A stretch of DNA of 64,000 bases from Methanoregula sp. (GTDB taxonomy: Archaea > Halobacteriota > Methanomicrobia > Methanomicrobiales > Methanospirillaceae), in NCBI GenBank assembly GCA_039698055.1, contig JBDKTL010000007.1, positions 1-64,000 on the forward strand, in the 5' to 3' direction. Positions 1-8,749 of the stretch are shown here, piece after piece (positions within the stretch are counted from its first letter, which is position 1; each line of letters starts with the position of its first letter). The notes beneath the pieces were generated by a model. The model made no database searches and had not been told where the DNA came from. It saw nothing but the letters and a program-made list of their open reading frames with translations. The position numbers and the translations under genes were made by a program.

Positions 1-81
1 ACGAGATATCTCGGCAACCGGCTTTCCCCTCAGCCATTGCTTGATCATTCTCGCAATGTCTCGATCTGATAACTTACTCAC
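1..81 (-). CDS. N-terminus of probable IS481-family transposase (partial)
   Basis: Read manually: GTG at 81, MSKLSDRDIARMIKQWLRGKPVAEISR, open to the window edge; resembles HTH N-termini of methanogen IS481-like transposases. Confidence 0.5.
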   Translation of the reverse strand, partial: MSKLSDRDIARMIKQWLRGKPVAEISR

Positions 82-124
82 ATCGATATTTAGATTCGAT
101 GTCAAATGATTTCGGGATACTACA
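1..124 (-). mobile_element. Probable left end of an IS481-like insertion sequence (truncated by window edge)
   Basis: Minus strand begins 5'-TGTAGTATCCCGAAATC at 124 (IS481-family ends start with TGT), about 40 bp upstream of an HTH-like ORF start; the other end is outside the window. Confidence 0.45.
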
Positions 125-162
125 GAGACGGAACAGAACAGGAACAACTATATGGAATCCGC

Positions 163-177
163 TTGAAAAGTATATGC
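163..177 (+). promoter_or_regulatory. BRE/TATA-like promoter of tRNA-Ala
   Basis: TTGAAAAGTATATG about 15-28 bp upstream of the tRNA 5' end. Confidence 0.5.
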
Positions 178-190
178 TACATATGAGAAA

Positions 191-262
191 GGGCTCGTAG
201 ATCAGGGGTAGATCGCTACGTTTGCAACGTAGAGGCCACGGGTTCAAATCCCGTCGAGTCCA
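191..262 (+). tRNA. tRNA-Ala(UGC)
   Basis: Cloverleaf GGGCTCG/CGAGTCC acceptor stem with G3:U70, anticodon arm CTACG-TT-TGC-AA-CGTAG, T-loop TTCAAAT, followed by a T-tract. Confidence 0.97.
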
Positions 263-351
263 TCGTTTTTGTATACTTTTAAAAAAAAGTTCTGAAAATT
301 CTGGAAGCGACAGATGACAATGCCGTCTGCATCCCATATCCGGTAGAGGGG

Positions 352-804
352 TCAATCGATCCAGTCGAGCAGGTCATGTGAAGGGGCCTGCCCGCTTTTC
401 TGGATCAGTTTTTCTTTCACTTTCCTGACGGCTTCTTCCGCAGGGGAAGCCGGCCGCTGGGACAACTCATACGCCCCATAATCCATATAATCCTGGGTCA
501 GGACATCCCCCCCAACCGTTATCTCCTGAACAACCGGGGAATCGTCCCCGGGAGGAGTTGCAACAGGTGTCTCCTCCGCCATTATCGGATCGGCCTGCTG
601 TGAAGCGGGAGGCTCCCGCCAGGGAGACGGCTCCTGTACCGTGAATGGAGGCGGAGCAATGCCCGATGGTGGCGATGGCGGGGGCACTGGCATTTTTACC
701 AGTGTTGTGCCGCTGGACTGCTGGAGTAAAAAATCCACAAAATCGTCCACTTCCCGGCGCTGGCCGGGTGTCAGCCGGTCCAGTTTGTTTTCAAGCGAGT
801 CCAT
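352..804 (-). CDS. DUF2281-like N-terminal domain protein with Pro-rich disordered linker
   Basis: LENKLDRLTPGQRREVDDFVDFLL motif typical of DUF2281; PPPSPPSGIAPPP tract; likely start MDSLENK. Confidence 0.6.
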   Translation of the reverse strand: MDSLENKLDRLTPGQRREVDDFVDFLLQQSSGTTLVKMPVPPPSPPSGIAPPPFTVQEPSPWREPPASQQADPIMAEETPVATPPGDDSPVVQEITVGGDVLTQDYMDYGAYELSQRPASPAEEAVRKVKEKLIQKSGQAPSHDLLDWID

Positions 805-896
805 GCGATCTGCCTTTTGCGAGATTCCTTTCTTCAAATATCTCTCATTGATCGTATTTAAGGAAAATGAGACTGCGGGATAGCAGGTAAAAAAGA

Positions 897-1760
897 TTAT
901 GTCCAGTGATGCTGGTATCCCCGGCGTGCCGGAGGTTCACCGTCAACGAGTACGACGTTATCGGCAATGACCTTGCCAATCACGGTATATTGGACACCGG
1001 CAACCGGGTGCAGCTCCTGCGGGAGGGTGAAGATCAGCTCGTAGTCCCCGCCGCCATAGAGGGCAAGTTCTCCCGCCTGTGGTTCCGGAATACCGGCTGG
1101 CCGGGGGATCAGGTTTGAGGAAAGCGAGAAGCCACTCTCATTGACACCCAGCAGATCGTAGAGCGAGAGAGCAATCCCGTCACTGTCATCCATCATCGCC
1201 GTAACACCGGCCCGGGCGAGCACCTGGCCTTCGGTGACTCTTGGCTGCGGTTCAAAGAGTGCTTTTTCATACTGCCGGAACCCTTCAAGCCATGCCTGCG
1301 CCTGCCCGGGTATGCCGGTGATGCAGACCAGATCCCCGGGACGGGCGCCGGTCCTCTGTGCGAGAACCGGTTTATCCACAAGACCCAGTCCCGTAGTTAC
1401 CACCGTCAGTTCCCCGTGATGATCGATATCCCCGCCGACAATTGCCGCACCGAATTTTTTACAGCAGTCCTGTGCTCCCTGCATGACCCCGGCAAGCTGC
1501 TCCCACTGGTCAAGCCCGACCGCAACCAGCAGGTATTTTGGCGCTGCACCCATGCTTGCAATATCGCTTAACGTGACGGCAGCACTCATCCAGCCGATCT
1601 GCCAGTCGGACATACCTTCAACAAAATCCGTTGTGCGGTGGAGCATATCAGTGGTTGCCACCATCACCTGATCACCACAGGGCAGGACGGCACAGTCATC
1701 CATGCAGTTCTCCCTGCCGACAATGCCCATCACAACTTTTAACAGCTCGCGGTCATCCAC
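897..1760 (-). CDS. thiL: Thiamine-monophosphate kinase
   Basis: DDCAV, TTDML, LSDIASMGA, GGD, DDSDG and GGDYEL motifs; likely GTG start overlapping the upstream stop. Confidence 0.93.
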   Translation of the reverse strand: MDDRELLKVVMGIVGRENCMDDCAVLPCGDQVMVATTDMLHRTTDFVEGMSDWQIGWMSAAVTLSDIASMGAAPKYLLVAVGLDQWEQLAGVMQGAQDCCKKFGAAIVGGDIDHHGELTVVTTGLGLVDKPVLAQRTGARPGDLVCITGIPGQAQAWLEGFRQYEKALFEPQPRVTEGQVLARAGVTAMMDDSDGIALSLYDLLGVNESGFSLSSNLIPRPAGIPEPQAGELALYGGGDYELIFTLPQELHPVAGVQYTVIGKVIADNVVLVDGEPPARRGYQHHWT

Positions 1761-3717
1761 TTTTCCGCACCTCTTTACCCCGTTCGCTCTTATACTCCTT
1801 GAACATGTGCTCAATCATGGCGGATTTCTTCTCCCGCTCATACCCGGCCTGTTCCTCATGCCAGCGGACGAACGCCGCATCAAACGGGTCTTTTCCTGCA
1901 AGACCCTGTTTGCCCCGCACCTGTACTCCGGTATCCTTATCGGTGAGGAGCGGGATGCCCGCCTCCCTGAACGCTGGCACGATCTGGGGATCTCTCTTGC
2001 CACATGAGCTTGCAGACACGATCACTGCTTTGATTTTGCTGGCGGCGAGGTCTTTGACCACGCTCCGTCCCCAGCCGTCCGTGCGGTTCACAAAAATAAT
2101 GTCCCCTTCCCCAATCCCGATGTCTTCCAGAAGACGCCACATGCCCTCTTTGGTGAGGGCATCCATCACCTTCACCGGGATCACCTCGCCTTCCATCGAG
2201 AGTTCGGCAAATGTTTTGATCCGGGTCAGCCTCCGGGACAGGTTCCGGTTGTGCCGCTCTTCTTTCCTCAGGTGTTTTTTGAGGCTCTGGATGACAGCGT
2301 CCCTTTTTACTATTTCAGTATCCTTTGCCAACTGTTCATCCCGCGACGTATGAAACGCCCGTATCCGGCCCTGAAGCCGGTGGATCTCATAATCCTTTTT
2401 CTTGATCTCTTCCTCAAGTTCCGCAGTAAAAGTCCGCAGCCGTTTTACCATGCCGTCCAGCACCCGAACCCGTTCATCATGCCGGACATCAACAGGCATC
2501 ACCGGCGCCTCAACCGCCGGTTTTGGCGTCTCAGCATTTAAGTCCCCGAGAACCTGCTCAAGCCGCTGGCCGCGTATCACACCGGCCCGGACCTCATCAA
2601 GATCATGCCCCGGGGGCACCCGTTTTACAAGATTCTGGAACTTGTTCCGGTACTGGCGGTATGCATCGAGCGCCGCAGAGAGGGCATCGCGTTCATGGTC
2701 GTTCTGGTAGGGAAACGCGGCGGTGAGTTCCATCTTTGTTTCGACACTGGTATCCTGCCGGGGAGTGTAGGCAACCGCAGAAAACGCCCGCCGGATCTTT
2801 TCAACCGTAAAGGGCATATCCTGGACATCCGAGGCGATGACCAGCGGTTTGCCGACATGGTACAGCGCCTCGATAACATCGGACATATTCATCTGCCGCG
2901 AACTCTGGAGATGCAGCAGGTTGCCATCAAGATCCAGTGCGGCAAATGCGGTAGTGGTGCCCGGGTCAATGCCGACGATCAGGTACCGGGGTTTGGCAGT
3001 GAGGGGCCGGAACCGGATACGTTCAAGGCGCTTGCCGCTGATCCGTACCTGCACGTCGGCCCCGCGATACGTTGATACCGGGATCTGGTCGCGGGTCGCA
3101 AAAACCCGGAACGCTACCCGGCTGCACCCCCCAAACGCCTTTGTCTCCTTTTTTTCGTAACGGAGGCCGGCCGCGACAATCGCCATCTCGATCTCCCGGC
3201 CTTTGAGCTGGACAGCCCCATGGATCTTGCGCACGTACCGGTTCTGGCTCCAGCCACCCCTGCCAGGCGACCGGTGCCGGCTGACCACCACCTCGGTCTC
3301 GTTTTCAAACGCGATGACTTCAGCGCCGGCGCCCAGCGCTGCAACCCGCGCGGTCGTACGGGCTTCGGCAAACGGGTCGAAACGGTTGAAACTGATGTTG
3401 AACCGGGCAGCGACTTTCCCGAGCGTCTCTTTTCGTTCGCCACCGGTCACCTGCACGAGCCGGGTTCGCGGTGGCAATCCCTGCAAAAAGAAATAGAGCT
3501 CGTGCTGGTCGGTGGAAATCTCCTGAAGGCTGTCGACAGCAAGAATATCCGGCTGTTCAAGGGACAGCAGGCGGAAAAGCCGGAACATCGAGACCTCGGT
3601 CTCGCTCTCGATAACCTGGCCGTCCATCCGCACCAGCGCATACATCGGCCGCCATGACTTTGACCGCACCGACCCTTTGATGATGTCGATCCCAAAGACC
3701 TTCAGCCGATCACGCAT
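1753..3717 (-). CDS. DUF460 domain protein (COG2433; RNase H-like plus coiled coil)
   Basis: GRGGWSQNRY.R and IVGIDPGTTTA motifs, HERDAL, C-terminal coiled coil. Confidence 0.88.
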   Translation of the reverse strand: MRDRLKVFGIDIIKGSVRSKSWRPMYALVRMDGQVIESETEVSMFRLFRLLSLEQPDILAVDSLQEISTDQHELYFFLQGLPPRTRLVQVTGGERKETLGKVAARFNISFNRFDPFAEARTTARVAALGAGAEVIAFENETEVVVSRHRSPGRGGWSQNRYVRKIHGAVQLKGREIEMAIVAAGLRYEKKETKAFGGCSRVAFRVFATRDQIPVSTYRGADVQVRISGKRLERIRFRPLTAKPRYLIVGIDPGTTTAFAALDLDGNLLHLQSSRQMNMSDVIEALYHVGKPLVIASDVQDMPFTVEKIRRAFSAVAYTPRQDTSVETKMELTAAFPYQNDHERDALSAALDAYRQYRNKFQNLVKRVPPGHDLDEVRAGVIRGQRLEQVLGDLNAETPKPAVEAPVMPVDVRHDERVRVLDGMVKRLRTFTAELEEEIKKKDYEIHRLQGRIRAFHTSRDEQLAKDTEIVKRDAVIQSLKKHLRKEERHNRNLSRRLTRIKTFAELSMEGEVIPVKVMDALTKEGMWRLLEDIGIGEGDIIFVNRTDGWGRSVVKDLAASKIKAVIVSASSCGKRDPQIVPAFREAGIPLLTDKDTGVQVRGKQGLAGKDPFDAAFVRWHEEQAGYEREKKSAMIEHMFKEYKSERGKEVRKSG

Positions 3718-4559
3718 CGTACTGCATCCTCGCGGTCATATGCCAGCTGGTATTTTCGTTTAAAATACGTGAGAATGTTGTCGATATCACGGGTAACAAT
3801 TGTCAGGGCATTGGGGTGACTGGCCTCCATCCACTGCGGCCAGTCGATGATAACGCATTTCCCGTCCTCGATGAGAATATTGAACTCGGACAGGTCGGCA
3901 TGAATGATCCCCGCCTCGTACGCGACATGCACATTGGCAAGGATCTCTTCGAGCATGGCAAGCGGATCCTCCAGACGGCAGCGGCTGAGGCCGGGCCCGT
4001 CAATTAACGCCATGACCACCGTGTGGCGGTTCTGCCCGATAGGGAGCGGTACCGATACTTTCGGGTGCAATGCGGTAAGGGCTGCATATTCCCGCTCCGC
4101 AGAAAGCCGGGATGCCAGCAGCCACGGGCAGTTACCGGTCTCCGGGATATACTCCCGGTTGACCCGGGCAGTGTTGAAGGAGCGTCCTCCCACCCGGTGG
4201 AACTTGATCGCCACCGGCCCAAGACCCAGTGCTTCAAAAACAACGGATTCCTTTCCCTCCCCGATCTTGGAGCCAAGCGCGGAGATGACTCCTTTTCGGG
4301 CAAGCGTCGAAAGGGCAAGCGTATCGTACCCGCCAAAGACAAGAGCATACCCGTCATAGGGCACTGCGTTGAACCGCACCATGCCCCACTCCATCAGCCG
4401 TGAAATCCGGTACATCACTTCGGATTCCGAAAGCCCGGTCGATTGCTGGAGCGTGTCAAGCGGCACCCATTCGTACCGCTTCATCATGCGCTCGAGAGCG
4501 GCAAGGATGGCCTTTTCATATTTGTGCAGCGTACGGATGTGCTCGGGAGCGACCACCAT
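3702..4559 (-). CDS. rio2: RIO2-type serine/threonine kinase
   Basis: N-terminal wHTH, GEGKES, IKFHRVG, IHADLSEFNIL and IIDWPQ motifs; likely start MVVAPEH. Confidence 0.92.
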   Translation of the reverse strand: MVVAPEHIRTLHKYEKAILAALERMMKRYEWVPLDTLQQSTGLSESEVMYRISRLMEWGMVRFNAVPYDGYALVFGGYDTLALSTLARKGVISALGSKIGEGKESVVFEALGLGPVAIKFHRVGGRSFNTARVNREYIPETGNCPWLLASRLSAEREYAALTALHPKVSVPLPIGQNRHTVVMALIDGPGLSRCRLEDPLAMLEEILANVHVAYEAGIIHADLSEFNILIEDGKCVIIDWPQWMEASHPNALTIVTRDIDNILTYFKRKYQLAYDREDAVRCVIG

Positions 4560-4675
4560 GGTTGTTACAGTGGTTATGTGGCAGACTATAAAATCATGGC
4601 TCACATGCCAGACCACCGTCATCATCACAAAGATTAAACATCTTTTATCGTCCAAAAATACACCGGATAACGTTC

Positions 4676-5581
4676 ATGCGGTGCGATAAGTGCAGGAGGG
4701 ATGCGGTCATCTGCCAGAAGTACTCCGGGCAGCATTTGTGCCGCGAGCATTTTATCGCAGACCTTGAGGCAAAGGCAAAACGGGAAATCCGGTTGCATCG
4801 CGGGATTCGTGGCGGGGACCGTATTGCTGTTGCGCTCTCAGGAGATGCACCCGGCAGTGCTCTTTTGTTTTTCTTAAAAAAACTTACCGCCCAGCGACGG
4901 GATGTAAAAGTTTTTGCCATTATCATCGATGAAGGCATTGCCAGCTACCGGAACCCTGGACAGGTAGTGCAGGTTGCTGAATCGATGGGTGCTGACATTA
5001 TTCCGGGATCGTTTAGAGAAGCATACAGCATAACGATGGATGAGATCATGCAGAGAGTGGGTGCCGAGGTTGCTTACCGGAACTATCGTGTACTCCGCCG
5101 CCAGCTGCTCGCCCGTATCGCACAGGAAAACGGCGCCACCTGCCTTGCGTCCGCGATTACCCTTGATGACCGGGCACAAGCAGTCTTATGTGACATGCTG
5201 ACCGGGAACGTAGAAACGTTGATCGTCCCACGTCAGCATTATCAGGGTGCCCTCAAAGATATCTATCCATTCATGCAGGTACCAGAACAGGAAGTCCGGC
5301 TGTATGCAGAGTTGAACGCGATACCCTGCGTCAAAACCTCCCCGTATCCTTTTACAGGTTCAGAGAAAAGAGCAGATATCAACCGGATGCTGGAAGCCTA
5401 TGATCGCAACCACCCGGCAACCAGGTTCGCGCTCGGCAATCTGGGCGAACAACTTGCCGCTGCCGGTACGGGTGCCATCGCCGGGATTGCGGTGTGTGCC
5501 CGCTGCGGAGAACCCTGTCCGGACGGTACGTGCCCGGACTGCCAGATACGTGACGGGTTTTCAAAGGGATCACAACCATGA
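4676..5581 (+). CDS. TtcA/NcsA/Ctu1 (TIGR00269)-family protein with degenerate catalytic motifs
   Basis: N-terminal CxxC...C..HF and C-terminal CxxCGEP...CxxC zinc motifs kept; PP-loop reads SGDAPGS, central CxxC and GHNLDD lost. Confidence 0.8.
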   Translation: MRCDKCRRDAVICQKYSGQHLCREHFIADLEAKAKREIRLHRGIRGGDRIAVALSGDAPGSALLFFLKKLTAQRRDVKVFAIIIDEGIASYRNPGQVVQVAESMGADIIPGSFREAYSITMDEIMQRVGAEVAYRNYRVLRRQLLARIAQENGATCLASAITLDDRAQAVLCDMLTGNVETLIVPRQHYQGALKDIYPFMQVPEQEVRLYAELNAIPCVKTSPYPFTGSEKRADINRMLEAYDRNHPATRFALGNLGEQLAAAGTGAIAGIAVCARCGEPCPDGTCPDCQIRDGFSKGSQP

Positions 5582-7284
5582 CAGCCAAAAGAAGTGTATT
5601 CTGGCGGATCATCCACACCTCGGCAGAGATGCGGGTGTTGTTGTATTTTTTATTGTTCGCCCTGCTGATCACCATTTATACAACAATATTTCATACAATA
5701 TACCCGGTTCTTGAGGGAAAACCGCTGGACTGGCCGCAATCGTTCCTGTTTGTGATGGAGACCATTTCCACGACCGGATACGGGTGGCTCCTGCCGTTCC
5801 ATAACACGACAACCATCCTGTTCACGTCCATCATGATGTTTACCGGGGTGCTCATGATCTTCATGGTCATCCCCCTTATCCTCACCCCGTACATCGTCGA
5901 GGTTCTCAGTTCCACACCGCCACGACGGACACCTCATGAATTGTTCCGGCATACGGTGATCATCGGTGACGGAGAACTTTCCCGGGCACTGGTGGAGAGC
6001 TTGTCCATTTCCGACAAAGAGATCATTCTCGTTGAGAAAGATGAAGACAAGGCACGGGAACTTGCAAAGAAAAACCGCAGGCAGGCGTTTGTCATATGGG
6101 GGGATTATGATGATGCCCATACATGGGAGCAGGCATGGGTAAAAAACGCAGATTCCGTGATCATCTGCGAGAATGAGCGGACAACGGCAAGCATCATCCT
6201 CGGGATACGGGAGCTAACAAAGGCACGCATTATTTCAGTCGTCGACAAGATCTCGTTTGACCGTTACCTGAGGTATGCCGGGGCTGATTATGTGCTCTCC
6301 CCAAAGCATGCGACTGGAAGGATTCTTGCACGGCACGCAGTCCTCCACTCAGGAGGAGATACCGGATCGGAAATCCCCGGGCTCGACCGGCTCACCATCA
6401 GCCGGAAACGTCATCCGGAAAAGGATCTCCGGCTGATCCATATTCCGGTGATGGCGGGCAGTAAATCGATGGGAAAACCACTCGGGGATCTGCATCTTTT
6501 TGAGCAATACGGCATCATTGCCCTCTTCCTCTGGAAATCAGGAAAATTTATTTCCCAGCCCCGGCAAACCGAAGTGCTTGACACCACCACCTCGCTTTTT
6601 TTATTTGGCAGGGCAGATGCGATCGGCAGGGCAGTTCACGAAGAATTTGAAATCGATAAAAAACTGATCGGTCACGCAGTCATCGCCGGGTTTGGCGATG
6701 TGGGATCGGAGGCATACAACGAAATGGTAGCAACCGGCATCGCGTGCGTTGTGGTCGATGCCCGCCATTATGAGGTAAACGAGGTGGTGGGTAATGCAGA
6801 GGACGAGCTGATCCTCAAAGAAGCACGGATCGAGGAGGCCCAGTTCTGTATTGTCGCCCTCAACGATGATAATGTCAACATTTTCACGACGCTGATGGCG
6901 CGCAACCTCAACCCGTCCATCCGCATCCTCGCCCGCGCCAACGAACCGGCGTCCGTGGACAAGTTATACCGGGCCGGCGCCGATTACGTCGCGCTGCTCC
7001 CGCGAATCGGAGGGCAGACGATCGGCAGGATTGTCCTTGCCGACACGATCACCATCCTGCTGGACCTTCCCGACGGCGAGATGGTGGTCTTAAAACATAT
7101 TCGCCAGCCCACGATGCAAACCGTCAGGAGTATTGCGCAGCAGACCGGCGTGCGGATTATCGGGATTGAGGCACCGGACCGGGTCATTGTATCTCCTCAG
7201 GAAACGGAGATGCTGCATGAAGGAGACGCGGTCATCATGACCGGCAGTACCGAACGATTGAAACGATGTATCCGCTTATTATAA
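5578..7284 (+). CDS. Two-TM potassium channel with tandem RCK (TrkA-N/TrkA-C) domains
   Basis: TM-pore-TM with TISTTGYG filter; two Rossmann RCK_N domains (IIGDGELS, AGFGDVG) each followed by RCK_C. Confidence 0.88.
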   Translation: MTAKRSVFWRIIHTSAEMRVLLYFLLFALLITIYTTIFHTIYPVLEGKPLDWPQSFLFVMETISTTGYGWLLPFHNTTTILFTSIMMFTGVLMIFMVIPLILTPYIVEVLSSTPPRRTPHELFRHTVIIGDGELSRALVESLSISDKEIILVEKDEDKARELAKKNRRQAFVIWGDYDDAHTWEQAWVKNADSVIICENERTTASIILGIRELTKARIISVVDKISFDRYLRYAGADYVLSPKHATGRILARHAVLHSGGDTGSEIPGLDRLTISRKRHPEKDLRLIHIPVMAGSKSMGKPLGDLHLFEQYGIIALFLWKSGKFISQPRQTEVLDTTTSLFLFGRADAIGRAVHEEFEIDKKLIGHAVIAGFGDVGSEAYNEMVATGIACVVVDARHYEVNEVVGNAEDELILKEARIEEAQFCIVALNDDNVNIFTTLMARNLNPSIRILARANEPASVDKLYRAGADYVALLPRIGGQTIGRIVLADTITILLDLPDGEMVVLKHIRQPTMQTVRSIAQQTGVRIIGIEAPDRVIVSPQETEMLHEGDAVIMTGSTERLKRCIRLL

Positions 7285-7302
7285 AGAGAGAATTACAGGA
7301 AG

Positions 7303-8061
7303 GTGAACAATACAATGGCTGAAGAACTTGGGTGCAGGATGGGACAGATCGAACAGATGGTCCGGTATGCGTACTGGAACAGCGGGTGCACGGGAATAAT
7401 CGTCGGGCTCAGCGGGGGAGTGGACTCAGCTGTCGCCGCTGCTTTCTGCTGTCGTGCGATAGGTGCCGATAACGTCCTTGCACTCTCTCTTCCGTCTTCG
7501 GTCAGCAATCCGGCGGATATCCATGATGCATCATCGCTCTGCGCACAGCTGGGGATGAAGCACCGGGTCCTGTCGATTGAACCGATGCTTGCAGCATTCA
7601 AGGCCATGCCGGAATTCACGGAATCCCGGTACCTGCTCGGTAACCTGATGGCGCGGATCCGGATGACCGTCCTGTACTACCATGCAAACCGCGACCACCG
7701 GCTCGTGTGCGGTACATCGAACCGGAGCGAGTACCTGCTGGGTTACTGCACCAAGTATGGGGACAATGCAGCAGATTTCCAGCCGATCGTGCACCTGTAC
7801 AAAACACAGGTCTACGAGATGGCACGGGAAATGGGTATTCCCGAACCCATCATAATAAAACCACCATCGGCCGGGTTATGGGAGGGCCAGAGCGATGAAG
7901 GGGAGATCGGTCTTTCGTATGCCGTGATCGACCGGTCGCTTATGTCACTTGAGAAAAATGAATGGATGGCAACGACACCAGACGAAGAAAAGGTGCTCGC
8001 CCTGGTAAAAAAGAGCGCGCACAAGCACCTTCCTGCACCTAGTCTTTTAGCAGGACACTGA
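7303..8061 (+). CDS. nadE: NH3-dependent NAD+ synthetase
   Basis: GLSGGVDS, GNLMARIRM, GTSNRSE, GYCTKYGD and PPSAGLW motifs. Confidence 0.96.
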   Translation: MNNTMAEELGCRMGQIEQMVRYAYWNSGCTGIIVGLSGGVDSAVAAAFCCRAIGADNVLALSLPSSVSNPADIHDASSLCAQLGMKHRVLSIEPMLAAFKAMPEFTESRYLLGNLMARIRMTVLYYHANRDHRLVCGTSNRSEYLLGYCTKYGDNAADFQPIVHLYKTQVYEMAREMGIPEPIIIKPPSAGLWEGQSDEGEIGLSYAVIDRSLMSLEKNEWMATTPDEEKVLALVKKSAHKHLPAPSLLAGH

Positions 8062-8749
8062 AAATCGCACGGTATTGTTCCGGATGGTTCAGGAAAGCAA
8101 GTGCATCCTCGTTGCCGATCAGGTTGTAAATGGGGCCGGAACAGAACCGGTATATCCCTTTTCCACAGGTTGCCCCGATTCTCCGGACAGAAGGCACGGG
8201 GGGGTAATGCAGATTTTTCATCAGGTTTCCTGAACTCATCGCGTAATAAGCAGCCCCGTGATGCGTTTCATATTCGCCATACTCGCTCTCAAAACCGGTT
8301 GAGACAATATTTGCCATCACCAGGGTTTTGTCAGGAGTGGGGTTGATGGATACGTGCCCGTACTCCGGGGGAATGATCACCAAATCGCCGGTTTGTGCCT
8401 CGACAAGCACCATATCGTCAAGCGCCCGTGACTGGAGAAGGTACCATGCGGTGCCATCGAGCACTTCATAGATCTCCGGGTATCCCAGGCCGGCAGCGTT
8501 TTTTGGATGGTAGTGCCCTTTTGTCTTGACAAATTCCCCGCAGAGATTCCGGGGAGGGATGACAGTGAGATCATAGCGGAGCTGGTGGAGGTGGAGCCAG
8601 CGACGATCAACATCGGACTTCGCAAGGTCCCGGTACATAAAATAGAGAGCGCCGCTCTCCCTGCATGCAGGTTCAGCAAGAACGGAGCGCATGTCCTCAA
8701 CAGTTCGTTCCGCTGGTGGAGGAAGTTCCCCTTCCCATCCGGGCATCAC
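8039..8749 (-). CDS. pgiA: Cupin-type archaeal glucose-6-phosphate isomerase
   Basis: LRYDLTVIP, KTKGHYH, YPEIYEVL.G and IPPEYGHVSIN cupin motifs. Confidence 0.88.
   Translation of the reverse strand: MMPGWEGELPPPAERTVEDMRSVLAEPACRESGALYFMYRDLAKSDVDRRWLHLHQLRYDLTVIPPRNLCGEFVKTKGHYHPKNAAGLGYPEIYEVLDGTAWYLLQSRALDDMVLVEAQTGDLVIIPPEYGHVSINPTPDKTLVMANIVSTGFESEYGEYETHHGAAYYAMSSGNLMKNLHYPPVPSVRRIGATCGKGIYRFCSGPIYNLIGNEDALAFLNHPEQYRAIFSVLLKD

Noticed and set aside
74-355. 93-aa ORF on the minus strand
   Set aside because: Antisense to tRNA-Ala; spurious
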